A DNA stretch of 64,000 nt from Candidatus Micrarchaeia archaeon. GTDB lineage: Archaea; Micrarchaeota; Micrarchaeia; CABMEP01. The notes below the pieces were generated by a model. The model saw only the letters and a program-made list of their open reading frames with translations, ran no database searches and had not been told where the DNA came from. The number at the start of each line of letters is the position of its first letter. Positions within the stretch are counted from its first letter, which is position 1. This document shows positions 29,834-39,595 of this stretch, one piece after another. The position numbers were made by a program, and so were the translations under genes. The stretch is taken from NCBI GenBank assembly GCA_038881595.1, contig JAVZPM010000004.1:13567-77566 (forward strand). Direction: 5' to 3'.

Positions 29834-30983
29834 ATTTGCCCTCCAAATACCAAAGTATCAAAACTGAATTAAGGCACCAGGTAGCAATGAGATCTCCTAT
29901 TAGACCTGCAACTGCTACGGAACCGATCTGGTAATAAGTTGGAATGTGAGTGTACATTCCTAAAAACATTAATATTGCAAATGCCACTATAACTGTAGTA
30001 GTCATTGCAAAACCTGTTCTAAATGCATCATATGCTCTTTCTCTTGGAGTTCCTTCTCTTCTTTTAACTGTTTTAATTGTAAGCATCATGTCAGTATCTA
30101 ATGAAAGAGCTGCCAATGTCATCAATGTAACGAAAGAAGCAAGAGTTAGTGGGATTCCAAAAAATGCCATTGCTCCTAAAGCCATTATAATATCAGATGT
30201 TGCTCCTACAAGAACTGCAAAAGATGGAATGAATGTTCTGAATATTAGAAATACCACCACAATCGCCAAGAGAGCAGAGATCAATGCTATGTTAAGCACC
30301 TTGCTTACGAAAAGTCTGCTTAATGCAGGACTTACTTCCTCTAATTTCATATCTGAATTACTAATAGAAGAAGATAAAGCAGAAATTAACCTATCCTTGT
30401 AAACAACTTTTGCCTCTGAAAAGACTGTATTTGCTGCTTTCATTATTTTGGATATTTCATCTGAACTTTCCGGTTGCGTAACAGCTTTTCTTCCCATTAA
30501 CTCCTCTGATAGTGAAAATATTTGAGATTGGAGTTCTTTTGCCTTAATTGATAGAGATCTGAGCTTTGCTTCATCTTCTGCTATCTTGGATGAAAGATCT
30601 TTTCCTGTTGTTTGTTGCTCAGATCTTAATCTCGCAAGCTCGCTCTCAATTGTGCTTGAATCCTTAAGAAGTAACTCCATCTCGATAAGCTTGTCATCTA
30701 TTTCTGTTACTCTCCTATCCGTAGCTATCTCAATCTCAATGATATTTCCGTTTGGTGTTTTATATAATCTTACTTCTGCATCATAAATATTGTTCTGTGA
30801 GAGAATTTCCTTTACCTGTTGATTGCTTATCTGTTCTTGTGTTTGAATTGTTATTAGCATTCCTCCCTTAAGATCTATTCCATACCTTAAATTAGGTATT
30901 AAAAATAAACTTATTAGTATAAGTGCAAGAGGAAATATGATAAGCAAACTGTAATTTCCTTCGTATATATTAGGAAGTTTCAA
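29802..30983 (-). CDS. secF: Protein translocase subunit SecF (archaeal type) with a helical insertion
   Basis: YGIDLKGG, FRTFIPS, SLDTDMMLT, GLIGDLIATW; TTG start after GGTG. Confidence 0.9.
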   Translation of the reverse strand: MKLPNIYEGNYSLLIIFPLALILISLFLIPNLRYGIDLKGGMLITIQTQEQISNQQVKEILSQNNIYDAEVRLYKTPNGNIIEIEIATDRRVTEIDDKLIEMELLLKDSSTIESELARLRSEQQTTGKDLSSKIAEDEAKLRSLSIKAKELQSQIFSLSEELMGRKAVTQPESSDEISKIMKAANTVFSEAKVVYKDRLISALSSSISNSDMKLEEVSPALSRLFVSKVLNIALISALLAIVVVFLIFRTFIPSFAVLVGATSDIIMALGAMAFFGIPLTLASFVTLMTLAALSLDTDMMLTIKTVKRREGTPRERAYDAFRTGFAMTTTVIVAFAILMFLGMYTHIPTYYQIGSVAVAGLIGDLIATWCLNSVLILWYLEGKYENLARLVKR

Positions 30984-31200
30984 TTAAACACCTTCTATTG
31001 AAAATTTAACAACTATTTCATCATTTCAAGAGAATCAGAACCTGATTCACTTAATGAATAGAATTGATTACAAGTAATATATATTTGTATAAAAATATTT
31101 AAAAGATATGTTTATTTACTGGAATTTTTGTTTATTTAATTAAGAATTACCAGAAATAAAGTTCCTTTAAATTTATATTTTTTTATATCTGATTTAAAGC

Positions 31201-32748
31201 ATGCAAATAATTCCTAGAGAATATCAAGAAAAAATAGCAAAAAGTGCAATTGAAAAAAAGAATACGCTTATCGTACTGCCTACTGGTACTGGAAAAACAG
31301 TGATTGGTGCACTTATAATTGAACATTTTCTTAAAAAAGGAGAAAAATGCTTATTTCTAGCTCCAACTAAACCTCTTGTAAATCAGCATGAGAAAAAGTT
31401 GAAAGAATTCTTTTATGATTCTAATTATAAAATATCTCAGGTAACAGGACAGAGTAACAAAAAAGAAAGACTACAAATTTATAAAGAAAATGATGTGGTT
31501 ATTGCTACTCCTCAAACAGTTAAAAATGACATAGAAAAAACAGCAGTGGAAAATGAACCTGCCGGAATAATTTCCTCTTTTTCCTGCCTTATAATAGATG
31601 AGTGCCATAGAGCAGTAGGAAATTATGCATACACATACGTTACTAATGCGTTTTTTGAGCAAGAAAGAATTGAAAAAGAAAGTTTAATGAATACTAATAA
31701 AACAATAATTGGTTTAACTGCATCACCTGGAGGGAATGTTGAAAGAATAAAAGAAATAATGGATGCATTAAAAGTAGAAAATGTAGAAATAAGAACAGAA
31801 ACTGATAAAGATTTACAAAAATACATTCCTAAAAAAGAAATTAAATGGATAGAAGTTGAACTAACACAAGAAATAAAGGATGCGATTTCTTTATTAAATG
31901 AATTGATGGATGAAAAAGCAAGGACACTAAATGAATTAAATATAACTATATCAAAAAAGACGCCACGTGGAAGGCTTTCACAGATATATAAGAATTTGGT
32001 AGAAAATAGGCATATGGCTGCTCTTGGTCATTTTGCCATTTTTTACAATGCATTTCATGGAGTAGAACTTCTCGAAAGCGAAAGTCCTACTGCATATATT
32101 AAATTTTTAGAACGTCTTAAGGAAAGGAAAAAAAGAATCGATTGGAGATTCATACAAGCAGCAAACAAGGTTAAGAATATCGAACATCCTAAGATCGCTA
32201 AAATAATTGAACTGATAAAAGAGAGAGAAGGAAAGAAAATAATAGTTTTTGCCCAATACAGAGACCAAGTGCACCACATAGTTGAAAAATTAAAAGAGAA
32301 TGGAATAAGTGCAAAAGAATTCTTAGGAAAAGGGAAAGAAGGAAGTGCGGCACATAAAAAACAAAAAGAAACAATAGCTGAGTTTGCTGATGGTAAGATT
32401 CAAGTTCTCGTTGCCTCCTCAATTGGTGAAGAGGGAATTGACATTCCATCTGCAGATACTGCAATTTTCTATGAACCTGTTCCAAGTGAAATAAGAATGA
32501 TCCAAAGAAGGGGAAGAGTTGGAAGACTTAAAGAAGGAGAGATACTCATTTTGATAGCTAAAGGCACAAGAGATGAAATATTCAGATACGTATCTGCAGC
32601 AAAAGAAAGGAAAATGAAAAGAGTGATAAAAAATATTATTGAAAAAAAGAAACTCGAACAAAAAAACAATGAAAAAAATAAAGAAAAAAAGAAAAAAAAT
32701 GAAACACCTATGATAAAACAGCAAAAAATTTTGGATTATTTTAATTAA
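31201..32748 (+). CDS. Hef/FANCM/Mph1-like SF2 helicase without an ERCC4 nuclease domain
   Basis: LPTGTGKT, DECHRAVGNYAY, GLTASPG, GEEGIDIP, YEPVPSEIRMIQRRGRVGR. Confidence 0.9.
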   Translation: MQIIPREYQEKIAKSAIEKKNTLIVLPTGTGKTVIGALIIEHFLKKGEKCLFLAPTKPLVNQHEKKLKEFFYDSNYKISQVTGQSNKKERLQIYKENDVVIATPQTVKNDIEKTAVENEPAGIISSFSCLIIDECHRAVGNYAYTYVTNAFFEQERIEKESLMNTNKTIIGLTASPGGNVERIKEIMDALKVENVEIRTETDKDLQKYIPKKEIKWIEVELTQEIKDAISLLNELMDEKARTLNELNITISKKTPRGRLSQIYKNLVENRHMAALGHFAIFYNAFHGVELLESESPTAYIKFLERLKERKKRIDWRFIQAANKVKNIEHPKIAKIIELIKEREGKKIIVFAQYRDQVHHIVEKLKENGISAKEFLGKGKEGSAAHKKQKETIAEFADGKIQVLVASSIGEEGIDIPSADTAIFYEPVPSEIRMIQRRGRVGRLKEGEILILIAKGTRDEIFRYVSAAKERKMKRVIKNIIEKKKLEQKNNEKNKEKKKKNETPMIKQQKILDYFN

Positions 32749-32892
32749 TAAGTAAAAAGATAGTTGAACATATATAATGCAACCAATGGCAAATAGATAA
32801 TTTATATCTAATATATTTTCATTCCACTATTAATGAAAAGCCTAAAATTAAAAAAGCGAAAGAATTAAATACTTGATTGATGTTTTAAGAAC

Positions 32893-33513
32893 ATGACAAA
32901 CTATAATCAAAATTTTAATTATAAAAACTATGATGAGTTTGATGATATATTTGAAAAAGAAGAAAAAGACGCAAAAAAAATAAAATCCAGACAAATGAAT
33001 AATACTTACTTACTAAATGAAACTATAATGAGAATATCAAAATCAGAGATATACAAAGACTATTACGAATTGAAACCTTTTATAGATTTAGCAAACAAAT
33101 TTAAAGAAAGTGAAATTGCAATTAGTATAATTCATAATTGCCACGCTATGAGAATAAACAATAATCATCCTTCAACTACAAAAAGAGTTGCAGCTGCTAT
33201 TGAAAAAGCGTTAGGTGGTTCTTATTCTATAAAAATGCTTGAACAAATAGCAGAACTTCTATCTTCTAGAGACACTTATGATATAAAAGATGATGAGATA
33301 AAAGAAATAAAGGAAAAGATAAAAAAACAAAAATCTTCGATTAAAGCTCGCTTAAATACAATAAAAGAAAATAGGAAAAAACAAAAAGAAGAGATAGACG
33401 ACATGTATGAAGAAAAAATGCCTTCTAAAAAGGAATTGAAAAAAATCGAAAGAGAATTTGGAAAAATAATAAATAGAAAAGATGAAGAAATAGACATAGA
33501 TCAAATAGAATGA
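32893..33513 (+). CDS. Hypothetical protein with a charged coiled-coil C-terminus
   Basis: 206-aa ORF; no recognisable motif. Confidence 0.6.
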   Translation: MTNYNQNFNYKNYDEFDDIFEKEEKDAKKIKSRQMNNTYLLNETIMRISKSEIYKDYYELKPFIDLANKFKESEIAISIIHNCHAMRINNNHPSTTKRVAAAIEKALGGSYSIKMLEQIAELLSSRDTYDIKDDEIKEIKEKIKKQKSSIKARLNTIKENRKKQKEEIDDMYEEKMPSKKELKKIEREFGKIINRKDEEIDIDQIE

Positions 33514-33573
33514 TTATTAAAACATCTATTCTATTATCTATTTGATATTCTGTCTGCTTATTGATCTTATTCT

Positions 33574-35049
33574 CTACCTTTTCCTATTGCGCTTTTCCCA
33601 TTTATCTTCTGATTCTATTTGTATACTTACTGTTTCATCCCCAAATTTATAAATTTCCCATTCGATCTTTCCACTTTCAAAATCGCTTACTTGAACTACA
33701 GGTCGTGCAAGATCTCTATCTCTCATTCCATATGGAATCTTAACCTTCATCTTCAATTCTAGAACTTTTTTGATTTTACCATCTTTTATGAATATTACAG
33801 TATCCACAATCTGAGGTATCATTCCTAAATCTACTCTCCCTATAAATCTCTGAATTGCCTCGATCGGCCTTGTTGCATGAACCACTCCTACCATACCTAT
33901 ACCTGCAAGACGTAAATCTGCAAATACTTTAAAATCTGTTGTCTTTCTCATTTCATCGTATATACTATAATCTGGCCTTACAAGAAGAAGAATATCTCCT
34001 GTTTTCTCAAAGCTACCATCTAATGCTGCATATTGTGTAACTTCATCTGGAACTTGCAAATCTCTTGGAGATTCTAGTGTTTTTACTATTTTTTTATTTT
34101 TCATATACATTTCAGCCAATGCAGCTGCAAATGTTGATTTTCCACTTCCTGGAGAGCCGCATATTATTATACCTTCGGCTCTTTCTAGAAGTCTTTTTCT
34201 TAATTTATCTGAAAGCGCATAATCATCAAATGATGCTTTCATTATAGGTCTGACTATTGTTATTTCAATTCCGTCGGAAAATGGTTGTCTTGCTATTGCA
34301 ATCCTAAACTCTCTTAATTGAATAACAGCCGCACCTTTTGCATCAAGTTCAAAATATGATTTACTATCAGATCTAGCTGTATCAATTATTTCTTTGATCA
34401 TTATCTCTAATTCTTCTTTAGTTATAGGTTCATTTCTTAATTGAACTAATTGAATATTGCCTGGTTTGCCTCTTTTTGCAAGAGGAATTGTGTCCTCTTT
34501 AAAGTGCAAAGAAACTGTATCTGGAGTTAAGTACTGTTTAAAAGAAAGTTCTCTCAAATATTTTCTTGGCTCAAGATAGATTACATCTATCCCTTCAGCT
34601 CTTGCTACCTCAGATTGAACTTTATCTGAAGTGATAAGCAACGCATTGAGCTGTTTTGCAAGTTCTCTTATTGCTGCATCAACTTCTCCAAGTTTTGCTG
34701 CCTTTACCATAAGCTCAGTGCTTCTTTCTCCACCGAATTCAAGCTCAATCTGTCCTGATTGAGAAAACTCTCTAAGAAGCTTTATCTCGGCAAGTCCGCT
34801 GAAACCTATTTCCTTACCTGAATTCGCTTGATGTTCTAATTCTCCAACAGATGCCTTATGGATTACTACTCTAATCTGTTGAATATTTTGTTCCTTGAGA
34901 ATCTCACTCAATCTTCCATCTATTATTACAGATGTATCTGGAACTATAATTCTTTTTCCTTTTAAATCGAATTTATCTTCTTTGATCATTGATCTTGGAT
35001 TTCTTAATCTGACCTCTTTAGATTCTTTTATTTCCTTTTCTTCTGACAT
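33574..35049 (-). CDS. PIN-domain ATPase (PINA-type)
   Basis: VPDTSVIIDG PIN motif, GSPGSGKST Walker A, ESPRDL, RPDYSIYDEMR, DLARPV. Confidence 0.92.
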   Translation of the reverse strand: MSEEKEIKESKEVRLRNPRSMIKEDKFDLKGKRIIVPDTSVIIDGRLSEILKEQNIQQIRVVIHKASVGELEHQANSGKEIGFSGLAEIKLLREFSQSGQIELEFGGERSTELMVKAAKLGEVDAAIRELAKQLNALLITSDKVQSEVARAEGIDVIYLEPRKYLRELSFKQYLTPDTVSLHFKEDTIPLAKRGKPGNIQLVQLRNEPITKEELEIMIKEIIDTARSDSKSYFELDAKGAAVIQLREFRIAIARQPFSDGIEITIVRPIMKASFDDYALSDKLRKRLLERAEGIIICGSPGSGKSTFAAALAEMYMKNKKIVKTLESPRDLQVPDEVTQYAALDGSFEKTGDILLLVRPDYSIYDEMRKTTDFKVFADLRLAGIGMVGVVHATRPIEAIQRFIGRVDLGMIPQIVDTVIFIKDGKIKKVLELKMKVKIPYGMRDRDLARPVVQVSDFESGKIEWEIYKFGDETVSIQIESEDKWEKRNRKR

Positions 35050-35293
35050 TTTTTCACCTTTAATGAATGTGCAATTAAATACATACTTATGACTATTATA
35101 GATGATATTATATCATCCGATTGAATGTATCAAAGTATTTCATGCACATAAACGTACCAAATATTTTTTAAAATAAGACCTTAAGATTGGCACGTTAAAA
35201 ACAATCTTAAAAAAGTCTTAATTTAATTATATTGTAATATATACAATTATTTGTTTATAAATCTTTTCTTCCAAAATTTGCGAATCAATGGAA

Positions 35294-35664
35294 TCAATAT
35301 AAACGAATAATATCATCTTTCTTAATTAAATTATTCTCTATATCTCATTTACTTACGCTATTTATATGGATACCTATTGTCATACCTTTCTGTGCAGCAG
35401 GAAGCGTTTATTATTTTGTTGAATTTCCATTATGGTGAACTCTCTTCCATTAACACCTCCTTTCATCCCTGTTCTTATTATTTCAGATAATACTTTACAT
35501 ATCACTACAGTACCAAAATTAGTAATATAAAAAGACATCTATGATTTTAATTATATTCTCATCTTTCCATATTCTTCTTTTTCCTTGACTATGCCTGTCG
35601 TTTCATTGGTGTCTATTTCTTTTTTCTAGCTTTTTTGCCAAAGAGAAAAATCCAACAATCCCAT
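35294..35664 (-). pseudogene. Frameshifted remnant of a small EF-Tu domain-II-like protein (PF0907/Pbp11-like)
   Basis: Stitched translation: MGLLDF/LFGKK...IKIIDVF/YITNFGTVVICKVLSEIIRTGMKGGVNGREFTIMEIQQNNKR/PAAQKGMTIGIHINSVSK*DIENNLIKKDDIIRLY*. Several frameshifts and one internal TGA. Confidence 0.65.
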
Positions 35665-35814
35665 AGTATAACAACTAATCTTTTTAATTAATGATGTACA
35701 GTTTTGAATCACTAATAATTTGGACTACAAATTATTCACATGATACTTAAGCATCTTTGCATTCACAGTCAATTTCAATTTTTTACTTTTATAATTTGAA
35801 AGTATGGACTACCA

Positions 35815-37329
35815 CTAAATTGTAATTTTTGATCTTAGATTATTGGCTATAAAATCAGGAATTTCATTTATCTTTATTCTTACTTGCTTTGCAGTATTCC
35901 TATCTCTTATCGTGACTGTATCATCCTTTAAAGTATCATAGTCAATTGTAACTGCCCATTTTATTCCTACTTCATCTGCTCTTGCATATCTCTTTCCAAT
36001 GCTTCCAGATTCATCGTAAAGAACAGAAAGACCTTTTTCTCTAAGAAATGCAGTAACTTCGTTTGCTTTCTCTGCAAGACCATCTTTTTTCATGAGTGGA
36101 AAAACTGCAACATCATATGGCGAAAGCTCTGGTGGCAGATCGAACCATTCCCAATCATGAACATCGTCCTTTCCTCTGTACGAATGCTCAAGTATGGCCC
36201 AGATAAGACGTTCCACTCCTAATGATGGTTCCACTACATGCGGAATTATCTTCCTTCCATCTGGCAGAGTTACTGATAGATCTTTGCCTGAAAGATGAGA
36301 ATGTGATTTCAAATCATAATCTGTTCTATATGCAATACCTGCAACTTCAATATGGCCATATGAAGTTTCTACTTCTGGATCAAAATTTCCTCCAGAATAA
36401 TGAGGCACTTCGTCCATGAAAAGATGTCTGAATCTTATCTTTCCTTCCGGTATTCCGCATCTCTCATAAAATTCTGAAGCTAGACCAAGGAAAAATGCCA
36501 TTGGCTCATTTGGAGTAATCTTTTTTTCTATAAGTTCCCTTACAGTAAAGAATGAAATCTTTGGTTCTGTTCCATTTTTCCTTGCTTCTTCCTGGCTTTC
36601 TCTTGTCAAAACAGGAACTTTTCGATTAAGAATCTTGTCGATTTCTTTCATCTTTGCATTTGAAGGGTCAAAGAAATATTCTAATTCCATCTGAGTAAAT
36701 TCTCTTAGTCTAACAAATCCCTGCCTTGGAGATATTTCATTCCTAAATGATTTTCCAACCTGCCCTATTGCAAGTGGAAGCTTTCCATAAACTCTGAATA
36801 AACGAGGGAACGCAAGATAGATTCCTTGTGCTGTTTCAGGTCTTAAATAACCTGGAGTCCCATCGACAGGACCGATGTTTGTCTTGAACATGAGATTAAA
36901 AAATTCTACATCAGAAAAACCTTTTCTGCCACATGTAGGGCACTTGATATCTGCAACCTTCAAAATTTGATTTATCTCATCTATTGACTTTCCTTCTACA
37001 TTCACATTGTTTTCCTGAAGAAGATGATCCGCCCTGAACTTATTGCCACAAAGCTTGCATGTTGTAACTGGATCACTGAAATGATCTAGGTGGCCTGAAG
37101 CTTTTAAAACCGGTTCTGGAAGTATTATAGATGTTTCTATTTCAAGAAATCCGTTCCTTTCAATAAAGATTGAGCGCCAAAGTCTAATTATTTTGTGTTT
37201 TAAAGCTCTTCCAACTGGACCTAAATCGTAGATTCCTCCGACTGGTGAATATATCTCTGCTGCAGGAAAGAAAATCCCCCTTCTTAATGCGATCTGCATT
37301 ATCTTTTCTCTTATTTCGGTAGATGTCAT
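35815..37329 (-). CDS. glyS: Glycine--tRNA ligase (archaeal/eukaryotic type)
   Basis: ASGHLDHFSDP, YLRPETAQG, GKSFRNEISPRQG, PHVVEPSLGVER, GSIGKRYARADE. Confidence 0.97.
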   Translation of the reverse strand: MTSTEIREKIMQIALRRGIFFPAAEIYSPVGGIYDLGPVGRALKHKIIRLWRSIFIERNGFLEIETSIILPEPVLKASGHLDHFSDPVTTCKLCGNKFRADHLLQENNVNVEGKSIDEINQILKVADIKCPTCGRKGFSDVEFFNLMFKTNIGPVDGTPGYLRPETAQGIYLAFPRLFRVYGKLPLAIGQVGKSFRNEISPRQGFVRLREFTQMELEYFFDPSNAKMKEIDKILNRKVPVLTRESQEEARKNGTEPKISFFTVRELIEKKITPNEPMAFFLGLASEFYERCGIPEGKIRFRHLFMDEVPHYSGGNFDPEVETSYGHIEVAGIAYRTDYDLKSHSHLSGKDLSVTLPDGRKIIPHVVEPSLGVERLIWAILEHSYRGKDDVHDWEWFDLPPELSPYDVAVFPLMKKDGLAEKANEVTAFLREKGLSVLYDESGSIGKRYARADEVGIKWAVTIDYDTLKDDTVTIRDRNTAKQVRIKINEIPDFIANNLRSKITI

Positions 37330-37467
37330 TCTCTCACTCCGAAACAATATATAGGAACACAAATAATGAATGATAATATAATAAGAAGTAAAAATTAATA
37401 AATTGCATCTTTAATATATATTAAAACAAAATAAGATGTATGAACTATGTTAAAAAGAGATGGTGTT

Positions 37468-38256
37468 ATGGATAAAAGAAGAATAAAAATTCTTGAAGAG
37501 ATGAAGGCTAAAATAAAAAAATCTTACTTGTCAAAAGACAACCTTCTTGTTTTTGCTGACAATGCCATTACAGATATAGAAAAACAAACCAATCTTCTAT
37601 TCGAGAGACTAACTGAATGGTATGGTGTTTATTTTCCAGAATTAAAGATTGATGATAGGATAAAATACTCAAATCTGGTTTTACAAATAAACAAAAATGA
37701 TATGAATTCAACCAAAAAGTCAATTCAAAGCATACTTGGTGAAAAAGCACAAGGAATAATAAATTCATTAGAAAAAACAATAGGATCAGAACTGGAAGAA
37801 AAGGATCTTGACGCAATAAAACTACTTGCCCAACAAATAATAATGCTTGAAGAAACAAAATTACAACTTCAACAATATGAAGAAAACCTTGCTAGAGAAA
37901 TATGTCCAAATTTAGTAGAAGTAGGTGGTCCTAAGATAGCATCTAAGTTAATCGCTCATGTAGGAAATCTTGAAAAACTTGCAAAGCTACCTGCAAGCAC
38001 CATTCAGGTTCTAGGTGCTGAGAAGGCACTGTTTAAGCATCTAAGAAGAAAAACAAAACCACCTAAACATGGAATTATATTCCAACATACTTTAATACAC
38101 TCTGCACCTAGAAATAAAAGAGGAAAACTAGCAAGAGCGTTAGCATCAAAACTTGCAATCGCTGCAAAGGTTGACGCATATGGAAAGGGCCATTTTGTGG
38201 GAAAGGAGCTAAGAGAAGAATTTGAAAAGAGAGCAAAAGAAATACTAAACCAATGA
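37468..38256 (+). CDS. Nop5/Nop56 family C/D-box RNP protein (coiled-coil plus Nop domain only)
   Basis: ERLTEWYGVYFPEL, PASTIQVLGAEKALF, PPKHGIIFQH, GKLARALA. Confidence 0.9.
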   Translation: MDKRRIKILEEMKAKIKKSYLSKDNLLVFADNAITDIEKQTNLLFERLTEWYGVYFPELKIDDRIKYSNLVLQINKNDMNSTKKSIQSILGEKAQGIINSLEKTIGSELEEKDLDAIKLLAQQIIMLEETKLQLQQYEENLAREICPNLVEVGGPKIASKLIAHVGNLEKLAKLPASTIQVLGAEKALFKHLRRKTKPPKHGIIFQHTLIHSAPRNKRGKLARALASKLAIAAKVDAYGKGHFVGKELREEFEKRAKEILNQ

Positions 38257-38317
38257 AAATCAATGAAAAGATTAAACAATAAAAGAAGAAAATAGGAAAA
38301 AATAGATTGATTATTTT

Positions 38318-38896
38318 TTACTTAGTAAAGATTTCTTTGAGCTCGATCTTTCTTATTTCTATTCTTTTTATAGGTGCTATCTTCTTTATTGCAGGAATTA
38401 GCGACTGAGCGTATTTCTTGAATAGTAGCTCTCTAATCAAGTCATCGCTGTTTGTCTGCGAAGCTTTTTCATTAAGAAGAGCTCTTAGTTTTACTCTTAT
38501 TTCTGCTTCTGCATCTCTTGCGATTTTACCTGCTGCAAATACTATTGGCTTTATTCTAAATTTTTGTCCATCCATAGTCTTTACATCTATTACATCATCG
38601 ATTATAGTTTTTCTCCTTCTTACGAACGTTCTAATATAGCTTGGCAGCTGCTCTGAACCAATGAACTTTGTAATTGCAGTCTTTCCTTTTACATCAACGA
38701 CCCTAAGCTTCACATTAGTGTATGCCTGGGAGAGATCCCCAGTAAGTTCATCAAGGCCGACCTTAACTACTCTATCTTTAAGAAGCTTCGGATCTGAAGA
38801 TATAATTTCTCCAACTACTTTTGAATCAAAGATCTGTGGTGCAACAACTTCATACCACTGCTTTGATTTCCAGGTATCAACAACTTTCTTTACCAA
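38318..38896 (-). CDS. rps3ae: 30S ribosomal protein eS1 (S3ae)
   Basis: DTWKSKQWYEVVAP, YIRTFVRRR, IAPIKRIEIRK; TTG start. Confidence 0.95.
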   Translation of the reverse strand: MVKKVVDTWKSKQWYEVVAPQIFDSKVVGEIISSDPKLLKDRVVKVGLDELTGDLSQAYTNVKLRVVDVKGKTAITKFIGSEQLPSYIRTFVRRRKTIIDDVIDVKTMDGQKFRIKPIVFAAGKIARDAEAEIRVKLRALLNEKASQTNSDDLIRELLFKKYAQSLIPAIKKIAPIKRIEIRKIELKEIFTK

Positions 38897-38938
38897 ATAA
38901 TCACCAATTAAAATCGTTCATCCTATGATGAATACGAA

Positions 38939-39388
38939 TCATTTGAATTGAATCGCTGCGACTGCAGGATCATACTTCCAATCTGCTGGAAGAACTTTCT
39001 TTCTGATGTAATACTTTCCAAGTCTCCTAATCTTTGTTTCTATTGAATTAAGTTTGATTTTGTTATGAAGATCAGATTTGTGTTTTTCGAGATGTGCTCT
39101 CAATCTAACTGCCTTTTTCATTAAATTTGCTAAATTCTCCGGAAATTCTTTTCTTCCAGTAGCAGTTTCGATTATCTCTAAAATTGATTTTCCAGTAGCC
39201 TGTTTTACACTTCCTATTGCATATTGGTCTCTCATAATATGACCAATAAGAGAAGGTGCATTTCCTGCTCTGTAAAGATCAACTACGATCTTTTCAATCT
39301 CTTCTTTGCTCATGTCAGTCTGCAAGGAACTACCTACAAATTTCCTTGAACCAGACTTTCCTTTTTTCTTTGTATGTAATCTTGCCAT
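38939..39388 (-). CDS. rps15: 30S ribosomal protein uS15
   Basis: MARLHTKKKGKSGS, FPENLANL, IETKIRRLGKYY, LPADWKY. Confidence 0.96.
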   Translation of the reverse strand: MARLHTKKKGKSGSRKFVGSSLQTDMSKEEIEKIVVDLYRAGNAPSLIGHIMRDQYAIGSVKQATGKSILEIIETATGRKEFPENLANLMKKAVRLRAHLEKHKSDLHNKIKLNSIETKIRRLGKYYIRKKVLPADWKYDPAVAAIQFK

Positions 39389-39595
39389 AATACCCACTTG
39401 ATAGTGTCGTTCAATAGAACGACATAAATCAATGTTTAATATAAAATATAATTTAAAGTACTTGAGCTAATGTTATCTCATCAAAAGACGATGATGATAA
39501 CATATATGTAATTAAAGTTTTTAAATATTCTTATACATTTAATACTCTCAGAAGCATAAAATTCCAACACGCGAACCTATAATTTGGTCGATAAT

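Noticed and set aside
39470..39560. C/D-box sRNA (ATGATGA at 39491)
   Set aside because: No CTGA D box at suitable distance; the motif is part of an inverted repeat (39470-39503) after valS.
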